A stretch of DNA of 64,000 nt from a bacterium (GCA_037200965.1 JBBCGK010000001.1:433992-497991), one strand, 5' to 3'. Shown: positions 39,949 through 50,107, numbered from the stretch's first letter. The notes: generated by a model from the sequence alone, not told the origin. Program-made: numbers and translations.

Positions 39949-40701
39949 ATGAAAAACCAATACTTTGGCGACTTGAGCGACTATAAGAAGTACGGTTTGC
40001 TGCGCACACTTTCGATTGAGGGTGAGTGCTCGCTCACTGTGTGTTGGATGCTGACGCGAGATGATCAAAGTACCGACGGGCGGCATACAACTTATTTGGC
40101 GGACGTAAGAGAATGGCGCAACCATGAGCCGTTGGTATTTGATCTACTCGCGGACGCAGTCTTCAAAAATTCCCGTAATCTCGAAATAGTTGAAAAGTCC
40201 GGACTAATACCGAACTCAAACTACTTTCGTGAGGAAATCGGCGATGCTCCCTCCCAACGGGAAGCTTTTTTTGCCCGATTGGCAGATGAAGCCCGCAATT
40301 CTGATATTGTGTTCTTGGACCCCGACAACGGCCTTGAAGTGAAGTCAGTCCCCTATGGCTCCAAGGGAGCACATAAGTACATTTATCGGTCTGAAATCGA
40401 AAAGTTATCTCGGAATGGACTTTCAATCTTGCTGTATCAACATTTTGGTCGGAAAGAACGGTCTGAGTTTATCCGAGCTATTGCATTGAAACTCATCGAT
40501 TGGCTGAATGTGGAGGAAGTATTTTCACTTCGGACGACGCATACCGTATTTTTTCTTGTGCCGAAAGCTGCCCACAGGTCGCGAATAGATCGATCCCTCC
40601 AGGCAGTAAATAGACAATGGGGAGATAAGATCTTTATCGAGATACACTCTAAGGAGTCTGTATCAACGGTTACAACGAAAAATCAGTTAGACCTACTCTA
40701 A
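39949..40701 (+). CDS. Hypothetical protein (250 aa) co-transcribed with the PurA-like gene
   Basis: ...YFGDLSDYKKYGLLR...VFLDPDNGLEVKS...KYIYRSEIE...; family not recognised. Confidence 0.5.
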   Translation: MKNQYFGDLSDYKKYGLLRTLSIEGECSLTVCWMLTRDDQSTDGRHTTYLADVREWRNHEPLVFDLLADAVFKNSRNLEIVEKSGLIPNSNYFREEIGDAPSQREAFFARLADEARNSDIVFLDPDNGLEVKSVPYGSKGAHKYIYRSEIEKLSRNGLSILLYQHFGRKERSEFIRAIALKLIDWLNVEEVFSLRTTHTVFFLVPKAAHRSRIDRSLQAVNRQWGDKIFIEIHSKESVSTVTTKNQLDLL

Positions 40702-40774
40702 GTAAGTGAGCAACATGGATATTGGAAAGGAGCCTGACTTCGCCTCGGATGCCTACTTTGATAATCCGCAACAA

Positions 40775-40810
40775 GTTGCACAACCTCCTTTTTACGAACG
40801 ATCCTGCAGG
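40775..40810 (+). repeat. CRISPR-like repeat copy 2
   Basis: Exact 36-mer. Confidence 0.9.
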
Positions 40811-40878
40811 ACGATATCCACAAATCACTGCTGCGCAGCGCGGGCCTCGCGCATCTCTCGGCGGATGAGATTGGGGAC

Positions 40879-41427
40879 TTGAGGGACTTGGCAGCGCATG
40901 AGCTACGGAATGAGACCGCGGACCGCGGTGGTCTCATGGCGGGATTGCGACTGCGCCTGCAACAATGCGACACACGGCTATCACGCCTTACAGACGCGCT
41001 CCTCGACCACCTCATCGAAAAGCAGGAATACGAAGCCAAGAAGGCCGCGCTCCTGGGCGAGCGGCGCGAACTGCTAGACAAACTGGAAAGCCCGGAGGCT
41101 TCGCGTCAACCCGCCGACGGCGTGCTGCAAGCATTGGAACTGCCAGATGTCGTGGAAACACGCTACGAAATGGCTTTGCCGGACCAACGGCGCCGCATTG
41201 CGTCTGCAATCGCTTGGAACCTAACTGGTAGCGGAAAAGAGGCCGTACCTGAGCTGAAATCTCCGTACCGGGAGATCGTACAGTGGCGTCTTTCCAATCC
41301 GGTGCGCCGTAACGGGGAGCGATCGGAACCTGACATAAAGCTGCTATACGAAGCGCTCAAAGAAGTCTGCCGGCGAGAAGACAAGCCGCCGCAACGTCCC
41401 CAACGTCCTGATGTCTCCGGCATATAA
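40879..41427 (+). CDS. Hypothetical protein / possible 5'-truncated gene fragment (coiled-coil region)
   Basis: No ATG start. The frame is open back to repeat 2 (...TILQDDIHKSLLRSAGLAHLSADEIGDLRDLAAHEL...); ...LDHLIEKQEYEAKKAALLGERRELLDKLE coiled coil. Confidence 0.35.
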   Translation: MRDLAAHELRNETADRGGLMAGLRLRLQQCDTRLSRLTDALLDHLIEKQEYEAKKAALLGERRELLDKLESPEASRQPADGVLQALELPDVVETRYEMALPDQRRRIASAIAWNLTGSGKEAVPELKSPYREIVQWRLSNPVRRNGERSEPDIKLLYEALKEVCRREDKPPQRPQRPDVSGI

Positions 41428-42724
41428 GGCGACATACTTTTTCGAGAATTGTCGCGCCTTATGCCGCGTGAATGTCAGGCAGATGCTGTTCTGCATGGAT
41501 GCGAGCATCAGCTACTTCGCCCGCACCAACTTCCGCAACCGAAACCAGCTCTTCGGTGTGAGGCAAGCCGACCGTCTTTCGCACCTGTACGTCATCGGCA
41601 AGACTGGCACGGGCAAGTCCACCCTCCTTGAAACCCTCGCCCGGCAAGACCTTCGGGCCGGGCGCGGCTTCGCCCTCATAGACCCGCACGGCGATCTCGT
41701 GGAACGGATCGCGAGGGACGCGCCGGAAGCCGTCTATCTGAACGCCCCCGATCCCTCCCAGCCCTTCGGCTATAATCCGCTCCGGAGGGTCAGGGACGAC
41801 AAGATACCGCTTGCCGTCTCGGGCTTCCTCGAAACCCTCAAGAAGCTCTGGCCCGACGCGTGGGGCGTGCGCATGGAGCACGTCCTTAGGAATACGCTGT
41901 ATGCGCTATTCGAGCAGGAGGATGCGCGGCTTCCCGATATCCTCCGCCTCTATGCCGACGAGACATACCGGAAGGCGCTCGCCAAGGGGATTAGGAACGA
42001 TACCGTCCGCCGCTTCTGGCTCCATGAGTTCGAGCACTTCCACTTTCGCCAGAGGGCGGACGCCGTGGCTCCGATACAAAACAAGATCGGGGCGCTCCTT
42101 GCCGACCCCACGCTCTATCGCATCCTCGTCGAGCCAAAGGAGGATATCCGCTTCCGTGCCCTCATGGACGGCGGCGGGGTTCTTCTGGTCAATCTCTCGA
42201 AGGGCAAACTTGGCGAGGACAGCTCGCACATCCTCGGCGCGCTCATCGTCTCGACCCTGGGCCTTGCTGCCTTTAGTCGGGCCGACAGTCCCCCAACCTC
42301 CCGCCGCCCTTTCTTCGTCTATATCGACGAATTCCAGTCCTTCACGACCCTTATGCTCGCCGACATGATGTCGGAGCTGCGGAAGTACGGCGTGGGCCTT
42401 ACCTTGGCGCACCAATATATGCACCAGCTTGAACCCGAGATACGGCATGCGGTTCTGGGGAACGCTGGGACGCTCATATCATTCCGTGTTGGCCCCGAGG
42501 ATGCGTCAATCCTGGCGAAGGAGTTTCAGCCGACGTTTGACACACACGATCTCCTGAACCTGCCTAACCACCATATCTATCTGAAGCTGATGATTGATGG
42601 GGTGCCGGGCGGGGCGTTTAGTGCAAATACAGTCGATCATTCGACGCGGGGAGAGACAAAGCTCGCACCGCTACGAAGGACTTCAGACTTGAATGCGGGC
42701 GAAAGCGCGTCTGACTATGTGTGA
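41411..42724 (+). CDS. P-loop ATPase of the HerA/FtsK/T4-coupling-protein (DUF87/TraD-like) class
   Basis: Walker A GKTGTGKST, Walker B FFVYIDEFQSF, ...LTLAHQYMHQL... Confidence 0.7.
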   Translation: MSPAYKATYFFENCRALCRVNVRQMLFCMDASISYFARTNFRNRNQLFGVRQADRLSHLYVIGKTGTGKSTLLETLARQDLRAGRGFALIDPHGDLVERIARDAPEAVYLNAPDPSQPFGYNPLRRVRDDKIPLAVSGFLETLKKLWPDAWGVRMEHVLRNTLYALFEQEDARLPDILRLYADETYRKALAKGIRNDTVRRFWLHEFEHFHFRQRADAVAPIQNKIGALLADPTLYRILVEPKEDIRFRALMDGGGVLLVNLSKGKLGEDSSHILGALIVSTLGLAAFSRADSPPTSRRPFFVYIDEFQSFTTLMLADMMSELRKYGVGLTLAHQYMHQLEPEIRHAVLGNAGTLISFRVGPEDASILAKEFQPTFDTHDLLNLPNHHIYLKLMIDGVPGGAFSANTVDHSTRGETKLAPLRRTSDLNAGESASDYV

Positions 42725-42859
42725 GCGGGATCACGTTTTTTTGCAGATGGCACGCCCGCGTGGGCTGTTTTGGTAATTGCCATAGCGTCTTGGCAACAAC
42801 TGGGCGTCAGTACCTGGCTTCCCTCACAGGTTGAATATATTACAGTATAGCTCAACCAT

Positions 42860-43864
42860 ATGTTGAGTCGCCGCATGCCCGGTATTACCGAATTACTTTT
42901 GAAAATCGCGCCCAAGATCGGCGCAAAAGTGCTGATCGAGCCTGAGTGGGGCTACGTCGGGCAAATCGCCTTCCGAAGCGGTCGCAAGCGGTACTTCCGG
43001 TTCTCCAGCGTTGACGTGAATACGCTGGGCGCATCGGAAGTCGCGAAGGACAAAGATTTTGCGAACTTCTTCATGAAGCACATGGGTTATCCCATCGTGA
43101 AAGGAAAAACGTTCTTCCGGGACGACTGGGCAGAGACAATCCGCTCCAAGCGAAAGATCACGGCCGCCTATCGATACGCGCGACGGCTGGGATTTCCGGT
43201 GATTGTGAAGCCTAACAGCGGCAGTCAGGGGAAAGCAGTATGCTTGGCTCGCACGAAGCGTCAATTCTATCGCGGAATGCGGGCGACCTTTGAGGTGGAC
43301 AAAGTCGCGCTTGTCCAAATACCTGTTTCAGGAAAAGACTACCGCATCGTGGTCTTGGACCGAGAAATCATTTCGGCGTACTACAGGGTTCCGCTAAGCG
43401 TCGTCGGCAATGGAAAAGCTTCCGTAGCGGCGTTGCTCAAGTCGAAGCAGAAAGAGTTTCGGCGCGCCGGGCGCGACACGGCGATCAGGGCCGACGATCC
43501 GCGCATAGCGGAAAAGCTCGAGCATCAGGGACTGAGCTTCGCTTCCGTTCTCCGAAAGGATCAAAAGGTTTTTCTTTTGGATAACGCCAACCTTTCGACG
43601 GGCGGCGAATCGGAAGACGTAACGGAAAGCGTGCACAAGGAGTTCAGGAAAATCGCGGTGTCGCTTACGAGGGATATGGGACTGCGCCTGTGCGGCGTCG
43701 ATCTCATGATAGACGGGGATATCTCGGAGCCGCCCAAAACGTATTGGGTGCTTGAAGTCAATTCGGCCCCGGGGCTCGATCATTATGCGAAAAGCGGCGC
43801 GGCACAAAACAAAATCGTCGAAAAGATGTATACGACGGTGCTTAAGAGCTTGGATCGTGACTAG
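42860..43864 (+). CDS. ATP-grasp domain protein (RimK/cyanophycin-synthetase-like ligase)
   Basis: ...PVIVKPNSGSQGKAV...YWVLEVNSAPGL... ATP-grasp signatures. Confidence 0.65.
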   Translation: MLSRRMPGITELLLKIAPKIGAKVLIEPEWGYVGQIAFRSGRKRYFRFSSVDVNTLGASEVAKDKDFANFFMKHMGYPIVKGKTFFRDDWAETIRSKRKITAAYRYARRLGFPVIVKPNSGSQGKAVCLARTKRQFYRGMRATFEVDKVALVQIPVSGKDYRIVVLDREIISAYYRVPLSVVGNGKASVAALLKSKQKEFRRAGRDTAIRADDPRIAEKLEHQGLSFASVLRKDQKVFLLDNANLSTGGESEDVTESVHKEFRKIAVSLTRDMGLRLCGVDLMIDGDISEPPKTYWVLEVNSAPGLDHYAKSGAAQNKIVEKMYTTVLKSLDRD

Positions 43865-43956
43865 CTCGTGTATAGTCCATACGACCGATCTTCCTGACAC
43901 CAATAGGCATCGGCCAAATCGTGATTGCTGACCAACGTTTTGCGCCGAGCGACCGC

Positions 43957-44247
43957 CTAGTCGGGATCGTAGGGATTATTGGTATCCGTGCCATTGCGCG
44001 AGGAACCAGACGGCGAACTATACGGATCGACGCGCTTGTGACCTTGCTCGCCCGTATAGGGGTTCACGTTTGGATACGTCGAGTAATTGTTATAGGGATT
44101 GCTGTCAGGCGATGAGCGATGGTGTGGCGGAACATACGTGCCGTCCTTCCGCACATAGCCTCTGACACTGACGTCCTTCGCTGCCGCCTCAGCGCCAGTG
44201 GCCAGCAGGGTCGTGAAGACCAAAAGGGCGGCAAAAATCTTGCGCAT
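43957..44247 (-). CDS. Small secreted protein with NPY repeats
   Basis: Signal peptide MRKIFAALLVFTTLLATGAEAA; ...RKDGTYVPPHHRSSPDSNPYNNYSTYPNVNPYTG... Confidence 0.5.
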   Translation of the reverse strand: MRKIFAALLVFTTLLATGAEAAAKDVSVRGYVRKDGTYVPPHHRSSPDSNPYNNYSTYPNVNPYTGEQGHKRVDPYSSPSGSSRNGTDTNNPYDPD

Positions 44248-44357
44248 ATTAACTCCGATCAAAAATGCGGCTCGATGCTAGTTTAGTGGCTGGCGCAGGG
44301 CCAGAGGAATAATCTTCGCAAGCGTGCGTCAGGCCACGCCCTACGGTAACGCGTCGA

Positions 44358-45341
44358 TCAGTTCGCCTCGTCGAAAATCCCATTCAGGATCGCCCCAAGC
44401 CGCACCCCTGCCGCCTGCAAGCGCTCTTCCACGATGGCGGCGCGGTCTTCCTTGTAGTTGCCGTCGGGCGCGAAGACGCGAACGGCGCCACCGGTATACG
44501 TCTCGCTGTCTTCGGAATAGCGGCAGGTGGTGCCGGAGAGCGTACAGTATCCGGTGTCGGGCGCGCGGGAGACGGTGAGCGATTCGTTGGCCCATACCAT
44601 CGGATCGAGCGACGCCTTCCACGTTGCCCGCTGCTCGTCCGTGATTTCCTTTTGAAGAACATTGCCAAACGCCTCGCGCCCAGGGCCTGCTGGCTTCGTC
44701 TGCGCGATGTGGAGATCACGCATGACTTGTTCGGGAATGCAGGTGTCCCACACGGTATGGAGCGCGGTTTTGCCGTCATAGGCGCAGCCCGAGACGCCCT
44801 TCACGCCGACGCTGTTGCCGCCGCGATCATCGGCATACGAAATGTGGAGCGGCTGGTGTATGTCGCCGAGCCAGTGCCCGAGGAATTTGAGGGCCGTGCG
44901 CTTCTTGTCGGTTGAGGCATTCGGGTCTTTGAGGATGGCGATATCGGCGGGGATGGCCGTGAAAAGGCACGTCGCCGCATTCACGCACTTGGCCTCGGGG
45001 AAGCTCGTCCAATCGCGCGGCATATTGATGAAGTGCTCCGCCCTCCGGCTGCTTTGCACATCGCCCTTCTCGTCCGGCCAGGTGCAGGCCCCGTGGAAGG
45101 TTCTCGGTATCTCCTTGCCGTCAGCGTCCTTAAGCGGGGTTTCTGAGCGGATAAGCTTGTTGACCGCCTTGCGGGCCGTCGGCGTGAGCTCCTTGTATGC
45201 GATCTCGCAGACCGCCTCGTGGCCGGTGCCGCCGAAGGCGAGGGCACCGCTCGTTGTGAGACAAAGACTGACGAAGCCACCAGCTCCAAACAGCGCAAGA
45301 AGAACCCGCCGACGTCCACCCATGTACCCGCTCCCCCTCAC
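44358..45341 (-). CDS. S1/P1-family zinc-dependent nuclease, secreted
   Basis: ...FGGTGHEAV... N-terminal Trp/His zinc site and ...LKFLGHWLGDIHQPLH... motif. Confidence 0.75.
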   Translation of the reverse strand: MRGSGYMGGRRRVLLALFGAGGFVSLCLTTSGALAFGGTGHEAVCEIAYKELTPTARKAVNKLIRSETPLKDADGKEIPRTFHGACTWPDEKGDVQSSRRAEHFINMPRDWTSFPEAKCVNAATCLFTAIPADIAILKDPNASTDKKRTALKFLGHWLGDIHQPLHISYADDRGGNSVGVKGVSGCAYDGKTALHTVWDTCIPEQVMRDLHIAQTKPAGPGREAFGNVLQKEITDEQRATWKASLDPMVWANESLTVSRAPDTGYCTLSGTTCRYSEDSETYTGGAVRVFAPDGNYKEDRAAIVEERLQAAGVRLGAILNGIFDEAN

Positions 45342-45453
45342 TATTCGTGCCCAGGATGCGAGGACTCGCCCTAGCCGAAGAACGGATGATGCCCGGATGA
45401 TTTCACCCGTCCAAGAGGAATGTGCGCCTTAGACTTCGTATCGGGCCGGGCCT

Positions 45454-46359
45454 ATGCTGCTTCTATTGGTGGGGTGTTTCTCAGGGGGTATTGGCATGAC
45501 TAGCGGCACGCGAGTTTTTCCGACGCGTTCGTATCGGGCATCATTTCCCATTCATGCGCTTCTTGCCGTCTTCGCGCTTCTCGTCGCGGGTGCGTATGGC
45601 CCGGCCGGTTCGGCCTTGGCCGCGACCAGCGCGGCGTCCTTCTGCCTTGACGCATGCCCCGAGGGCGCGCCGGCAAAGAACAAGACGGTCGTGCACCATG
45701 TCTATGCGCTCAGCTCGAACCCCGACACGAAATTCGCCGATTGGGTCGCGTACAAGATCTCCAAAGCGACCATCGGGTCGAACTGTTCGCGCAAGTGGGC
45801 GAAGGACCCGGACCTAGCGGCCGGCACCACGCTCAAGCCCGCCGATTACAAGGACATCAGTGCGGCGCTCCAGTCCGACCGGGGCCATCAAGCGCCCTTG
45901 GCAAGCCTATGCGGCTCGAAGTTCAATGCCGAGGCGAACTATCTCTCGAACATCACCCCACAAAAGTCCGACCTCAATCAGGGCGCATGGGTGCGGCTCG
46001 AAACCGCCGAACGCAAGCTCATTACGGGCGGCACCGCGAAGACCGTGTATACCGTCACCGGGACGCTCTACGAAAAGAAGATGCCGCCGCTTCCCAAGGC
46101 GAGCGTCAAGCACAAAGTCCCTTCGGGCTATTGGAAGATCGTCGCCGTCGAGACGGACGACGGGATCGACGCCGTGGCGTTCGTCATGCCGCAGGATACA
46201 CCCAAAGCCGCCGATTATTGCGAAACGCGCACCACCATCGGCGACGTTGAGACGCGCTCGGGCCTCAAGTTCTTCCTCGATCTCAACGAGACCGACCGCA
46301 CGCAGCTTGAGGAGAGCGAGGCGAAGACCGGCCTCTATGAGGATTTGGGCTGCGAGTAG
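45454..46359 (+). CDS. DNA/RNA non-specific endonuclease (Serratia/NUC family), secreted
   Basis: ...SDRGHQAPLASL... DRGH active-site motif; signal peptide. Alternative start at 45496. Confidence 0.75.
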   Translation: MLLLLVGCFSGGIGMTSGTRVFPTRSYRASFPIHALLAVFALLVAGAYGPAGSALAATSAASFCLDACPEGAPAKNKTVVHHVYALSSNPDTKFADWVAYKISKATIGSNCSRKWAKDPDLAAGTTLKPADYKDISAALQSDRGHQAPLASLCGSKFNAEANYLSNITPQKSDLNQGAWVRLETAERKLITGGTAKTVYTVTGTLYEKKMPPLPKASVKHKVPSGYWKIVAVETDDGIDAVAFVMPQDTPKAADYCETRTTIGDVETRSGLKFFLDLNETDRTQLEESEAKTGLYEDLGCE

Positions 46360-46381
46360 CACGAGCGCGGGAAGATACGGC

Positions 46382-46669
46382 ATGCGCAAGGCATTCATAC
46401 TGACGCTGGTGGCGTTCTCCGCACTTGCGGCAACCCCACTCATCGCGCGGACCACGGATGCGGAAGTCCGGGGACAAATGATCCGCGAGTCCATCGCAAG
46501 CTATCCCGGCAACTGCCCGTGTCCGTACAGCACGATGCGAAACGGGCGCTCCTGCGGCGGGCGAAGCGCGTACAGTCGGCCCGGCGGATATGCTCCGCTG
46601 TGCTACCCGTCTGACGTTTCGGACGATATGGTGCGCGGCTATCGAAGCACGCATGGGCTCGGGAACTGA
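46382..46669 (+). CDS. Small secreted Cys-rich protein (95 aa)
   Basis: MRKAFILTLVAFSALAATPLIA signal peptide; CPCPYSTMRNGRSCGG. Confidence 0.5.
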   Translation: MRKAFILTLVAFSALAATPLIARTTDAEVRGQMIRESIASYPGNCPCPYSTMRNGRSCGGRSAYSRPGGYAPLCYPSDVSDDMVRGYRSTHGLGN

Positions 46670-46865
46670 TCGATCCGATTGATATCTGGCGAAGCGCGCA
46701 AACGCTCATCTCGCTCTATGGCGATGAGGCGGAACAGTTCGCGCTTCGCCGCGCCGCTACCCTGCTCGGCGAAGGAGACCGGGAGGGCCATGCGGCAATG
46801 GCAAGCGTTGCGGAAGCGGTGAAGAAGCTGCGGCAGGAGCGGCCCGAAAGCGGCGATGCCGTCCA

Positions 46866-47339
46866 CTAGTCGGCGTCCGGCAGCTTATCGGAAGCCTCGG
46901 CAAACTCCCGCACCAGCGCGACGATGTGCTTGCGCCGGGCGGGCGACTTGACCTGCGCGAACGCTCTCGCAAGCGCCCGCCCGTCGGCGCTCGAAAGCAG
47001 CGGCATTTCTTCCGCGAACAGTGCCGAACGGGCTTTGTCGTATGCCTCGGAAACGAAGTATTCCCAGGGCAGATCAAGCACCACCATCATCCGCAACAGC
47101 GCTTCAAGCGGCAGCCGGTTGGTTCCCTTTTCATACTTCTGCATCTGTTGGAAACTAACGCCGAGGCGCTTTCCGAGAGCGAGTTGCGACAGGCCGCGCA
47201 GCGTCCGTGCGGCAAATATCTTTTGGCCGATAATCTTATTGATCTCTGACGAACTGTGCTTGCGCGGGGCCATTCTCAATCCCGTTATACTATCGATCTC
47301 GCAAATTCTATGGCGCGAAAACCCCATTGTCGCGCGCAA
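46866..47339 (-). CDS. XRE-family helix-turn-helix transcriptional regulator
   Basis: ...LRGLSQLALGKRLGVSFQQMQKYEKGTNRLPLEAL... HTH_XRE. The start may be the internal Met at 47273. Confidence 0.75.
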   Translation of the reverse strand: MRATMGFSRHRICEIDSITGLRMAPRKHSSSEINKIIGQKIFAARTLRGLSQLALGKRLGVSFQQMQKYEKGTNRLPLEALLRMMVVLDLPWEYFVSEAYDKARSALFAEEMPLLSSADGRALARAFAQVKSPARRKHIVALVREFAEASDKLPDAD

Positions 47340-47349
47340 TCTCAGCCTG

Positions 47350-48333
47350 TTACGCCTCCTTCATCCACTCCCGGTGCATGCGCTCCCATTCCGGGCGCGG
47401 CGCTTCGAACTCTTCCCGGAACCACGGCATATGCTCTGGCACGAAGACCGTCTCGCGCAGGAACGCGAGCGTCGATTTGACGGCGGGTTTTGCGGCATGC
47501 ACGCGGTTATATGAGATGTAGAGCTTGCCGGGAAGGCGAAACGCAAGCGGAAGGGCGACGAGGTCCGGGTCGCCAAGCGCGTGGTAGGTAGGTGCGAGCG
47601 CGATGCCCGCGCCAAAATGCAGGCACCGCTCGAAGAAGCTCGTCTGGTTGGTGAGGATCGACACGTTCTTGACGACGTTTCCGCCCGACCATGCGGCCCA
47701 GGATGCCGTGCGCGTCTGATACTGGGCGAGATCGAGCAACCGGTGCTCGCTAAGCGCTTCGCTCGTCTGCGGCGTCCCGTGTTTTTGCAGATAGGACTTC
47801 GACGCGAACAGGGCGTAATGGACGGTCGCGAGCGGCCTCGACACCTGATCCGAATTTCCCGGATCGTAGAAGTGGATGCGGATGTCGAAGCTGTCGCTTC
47901 GGGGCGCGGTGATGTCCTGATCGGGCGATACCTTGAGCTCAATGTTCGGATGCCGTTCGAGGAAGCTCGGCATGAACTGCGCCAGCCAGAGGCTCGCAAC
48001 CCCGTCCGCGACCAGGATGCGGCAGTCGCCTTGAACGCTGCCTCCGCTGTCCTTCGCGTCCCTGCGAAGGAGCGCAATGCATTTGCGCGCCTCAAACGCG
48101 TTCGGAAGCAGACGTTCGCCGAGGTCGGTGAGCGCGCAGCCGTCGGTGCCGCGTATGAATACGCGCCCGCCGATCCACTGTTCGAAGCTGCGCAGCCGCT
48201 TGCTCACGGTTGCCTGCGTTGATCCGAGCATCGCCGCGGCCCGCTTGATGCTGCCGCCCTCGGCGATTGCGAGAAAATAGCGGAGATCGTTCCACTGCTC
48301 GGGCGAGGGGTCATCACTATTGGAAAGTACCAT
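47350..48333 (-). CDS. LysR-family transcriptional regulator
   Basis: N-terminal HTH (...LRYFLAIAEGGSIKRAAAMLGSTQATVSKRLRSFE...) plus LysR substrate domain. Confidence 0.8.
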   Translation of the reverse strand: MVLSNSDDPSPEQWNDLRYFLAIAEGGSIKRAAAMLGSTQATVSKRLRSFEQWIGGRVFIRGTDGCALTDLGERLLPNAFEARKCIALLRRDAKDSGGSVQGDCRILVADGVASLWLAQFMPSFLERHPNIELKVSPDQDITAPRSDSFDIRIHFYDPGNSDQVSRPLATVHYALFASKSYLQKHGTPQTSEALSEHRLLDLAQYQTRTASWAAWSGGNVVKNVSILTNQTSFFERCLHFGAGIALAPTYHALGDPDLVALPLAFRLPGKLYISYNRVHAAKPAVKSTLAFLRETVFVPEHMPWFREEFEAPRPEWERMHREWMKEA

Positions 48334-48434
48334 CTTCCGTCCCTTGGCTTCCGGGCGGCGATAATCGAATGGCAATTTAAGCTCCGGCAACAAAAAAATG
48401 CATAAGGCGCCAGGCGGCGCCGTGGAGTAATTCC

Positions 48435-49601
48435 TTGGAAAAGAACGATTTTAGCGCGATACGAAGCGGTACCTACGGGCCCGAACATGCCGCAGCGCAT
48501 CCCGATGGGGGAAGCGTATGGCTGCGTCCGGCCGGGGTCGGGGATATTCCGTTTGTGCATAGCCTGACCGTCTCGGACATCTCCGCCGAAACGGCACCGG
48601 AGGAGGTTATTCGGGCTGTTCACGCCCGCAATCCCGATGCCCTGTGGCTTATCGAGCGCCAAAGAGGCGGGGAGCCACCGGCCCCTATCGGCTATTTCGG
48701 CTTCCTGCCGCTCACCGATCCCGGTCTCGACGCGCTCAAGGAAGGCGCGCTCGACCGCAAGAGCCCGCCGCTTGAGCTTGTGGCCGAGGGCGGCACGCGT
48801 CCGGCGGCGGTGTACGTGTGGGGCGTCGTGGCGCATCGCCTAGTGCGGGTCACCGCGCCGCTCCTCACCCTCGCGCTTTCGCCTTACATCGACGTTCCCT
48901 TCTACACCGTCTCCCAGACCGAAGAGGGGCTGCGCTCGGCCCGTAGGCGCGGCTTCGTGCCGGTCGATGCGCGGATCGGCGACCGGGGCGGGCTCGTGCT
49001 GCTGCCGCTTGGCAGCCTTCTTGCGCCGCCGCCAAGCAAAGTCGCGCAGCTCGACGTGATCGTGGCCTCGAACGCCGAGCACCTCATGATGTGCGCCTAT
49101 GTTCGCGGCGTGGTGTTCGGCGCGGAGCAGCTCGCCCCCTACCGCGAGGAATTCGACGGCAACGACTTCTGCGGCATCCAGCTTCTGGGGTTCGTGAACA
49201 ACGAGCCTGCGGCAGTGCTTCGCATCCGTCACTTCGCGTCATTCGCGAAATTCGAGCGGTATGCCGTGCTCGAGCGCTTCCGCAAAACGCGGATCAAGTA
49301 CGAAATCCTGGAGTTCGGAATCGAGCTGTGCCGCCGCAAGGGATACACGAAGCTCTACGCGCACTCGCAGGTGCGCCTCGTCCGCTTCTATGAGCGGTTC
49401 GGCTTTCGTCTGTGCGCCGCGCAGCGTCCGCTCGTCTTCGCGGATCACGAATACGTCGAGATCGAAGCCGACCTCGCGCCGCATCCCGAGGCGATCACGA
49501 CCGCCACCGATCCCTACGTGATCATCCGACCCGAAGGGGCGTGGGACAGGCGCGGCGTTCTTGACCAGTCAGCGGCACGGCCCGCGACTAATCCCGTCTA
49601 G
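48435..49601 (+). CDS. GNAT-family acetyltransferase domain protein (tandem GNAT-like halves)
   Basis: C-terminal ...LRIRHF...RRKGYTKLYAHSQVRLVRFYERFGF... acetyl-CoA-binding motif. Start uncertain. Confidence 0.55.
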   Translation: MEKNDFSAIRSGTYGPEHAAAHPDGGSVWLRPAGVGDIPFVHSLTVSDISAETAPEEVIRAVHARNPDALWLIERQRGGEPPAPIGYFGFLPLTDPGLDALKEGALDRKSPPLELVAEGGTRPAAVYVWGVVAHRLVRVTAPLLTLALSPYIDVPFYTVSQTEEGLRSARRRGFVPVDARIGDRGGLVLLPLGSLLAPPPSKVAQLDVIVASNAEHLMMCAYVRGVVFGAEQLAPYREEFDGNDFCGIQLLGFVNNEPAAVLRIRHFASFAKFERYAVLERFRKTRIKYEILEFGIELCRRKGYTKLYAHSQVRLVRFYERFGFRLCAAQRPLVFADHEYVEIEADLAPHPEAITTATDPYVIIRPEGAWDRRGVLDQSAARPATNPV

Positions 49602-49603
49602 GA

Positions 49604-49840
49604 GTGCTCGACATGGCCGGAACGCTCGATTGCTTTGTCCGCCTTGTTGAACTCGACACCTGCGTGCGTGAGTTGGCACAGCGCAAGCGCGCGAATAATA
49701 GGATCAGCATATCCGATCTTGATGACGTTCTCCTGGCGCTTGCTGAAGCTCGGGAAACGATCCAGGACGACGCGTATGACGAGATGGCGAGGCGGCGAGC
49801 GATAACAACGGCGGACATAATGCAGTTCGCAAAAGATTAG
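49604..49840 (+). CDS. Hypothetical small protein
   Basis: 78-aa ORF; no motif. Confidence 0.3.
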   Translation: MLDMAGTLDCFVRLVELDTCVRELAQRKRANNRISISDLDDVLLALAEARETIQDDAYDEMARRRAITTADIMQFAKD

Positions 49841-50107
49841 CGAAAGCGCGCGGCTCTATTCAAAACGCGGCCTACGACAAGTTCGCAACTATTCGTCCGA
49901 CAACACTCGCCCGATAACGGATCATTCGGCAACCAGAGGATAATGAGTATATCGCGGGAGCGAAGCATAGGAGACGATGCAGTGCATAGTCCGTCATAAA
50001 TTCAACGGCGGCATCCTGATGGTAGCTGTATAACAGCGTGGTGCCGGAACTTCCCCTTGTAGCCAATACCGGGCTTCGTTACAAAGCTTCAAGGGGAGGC
50101 TATATGC

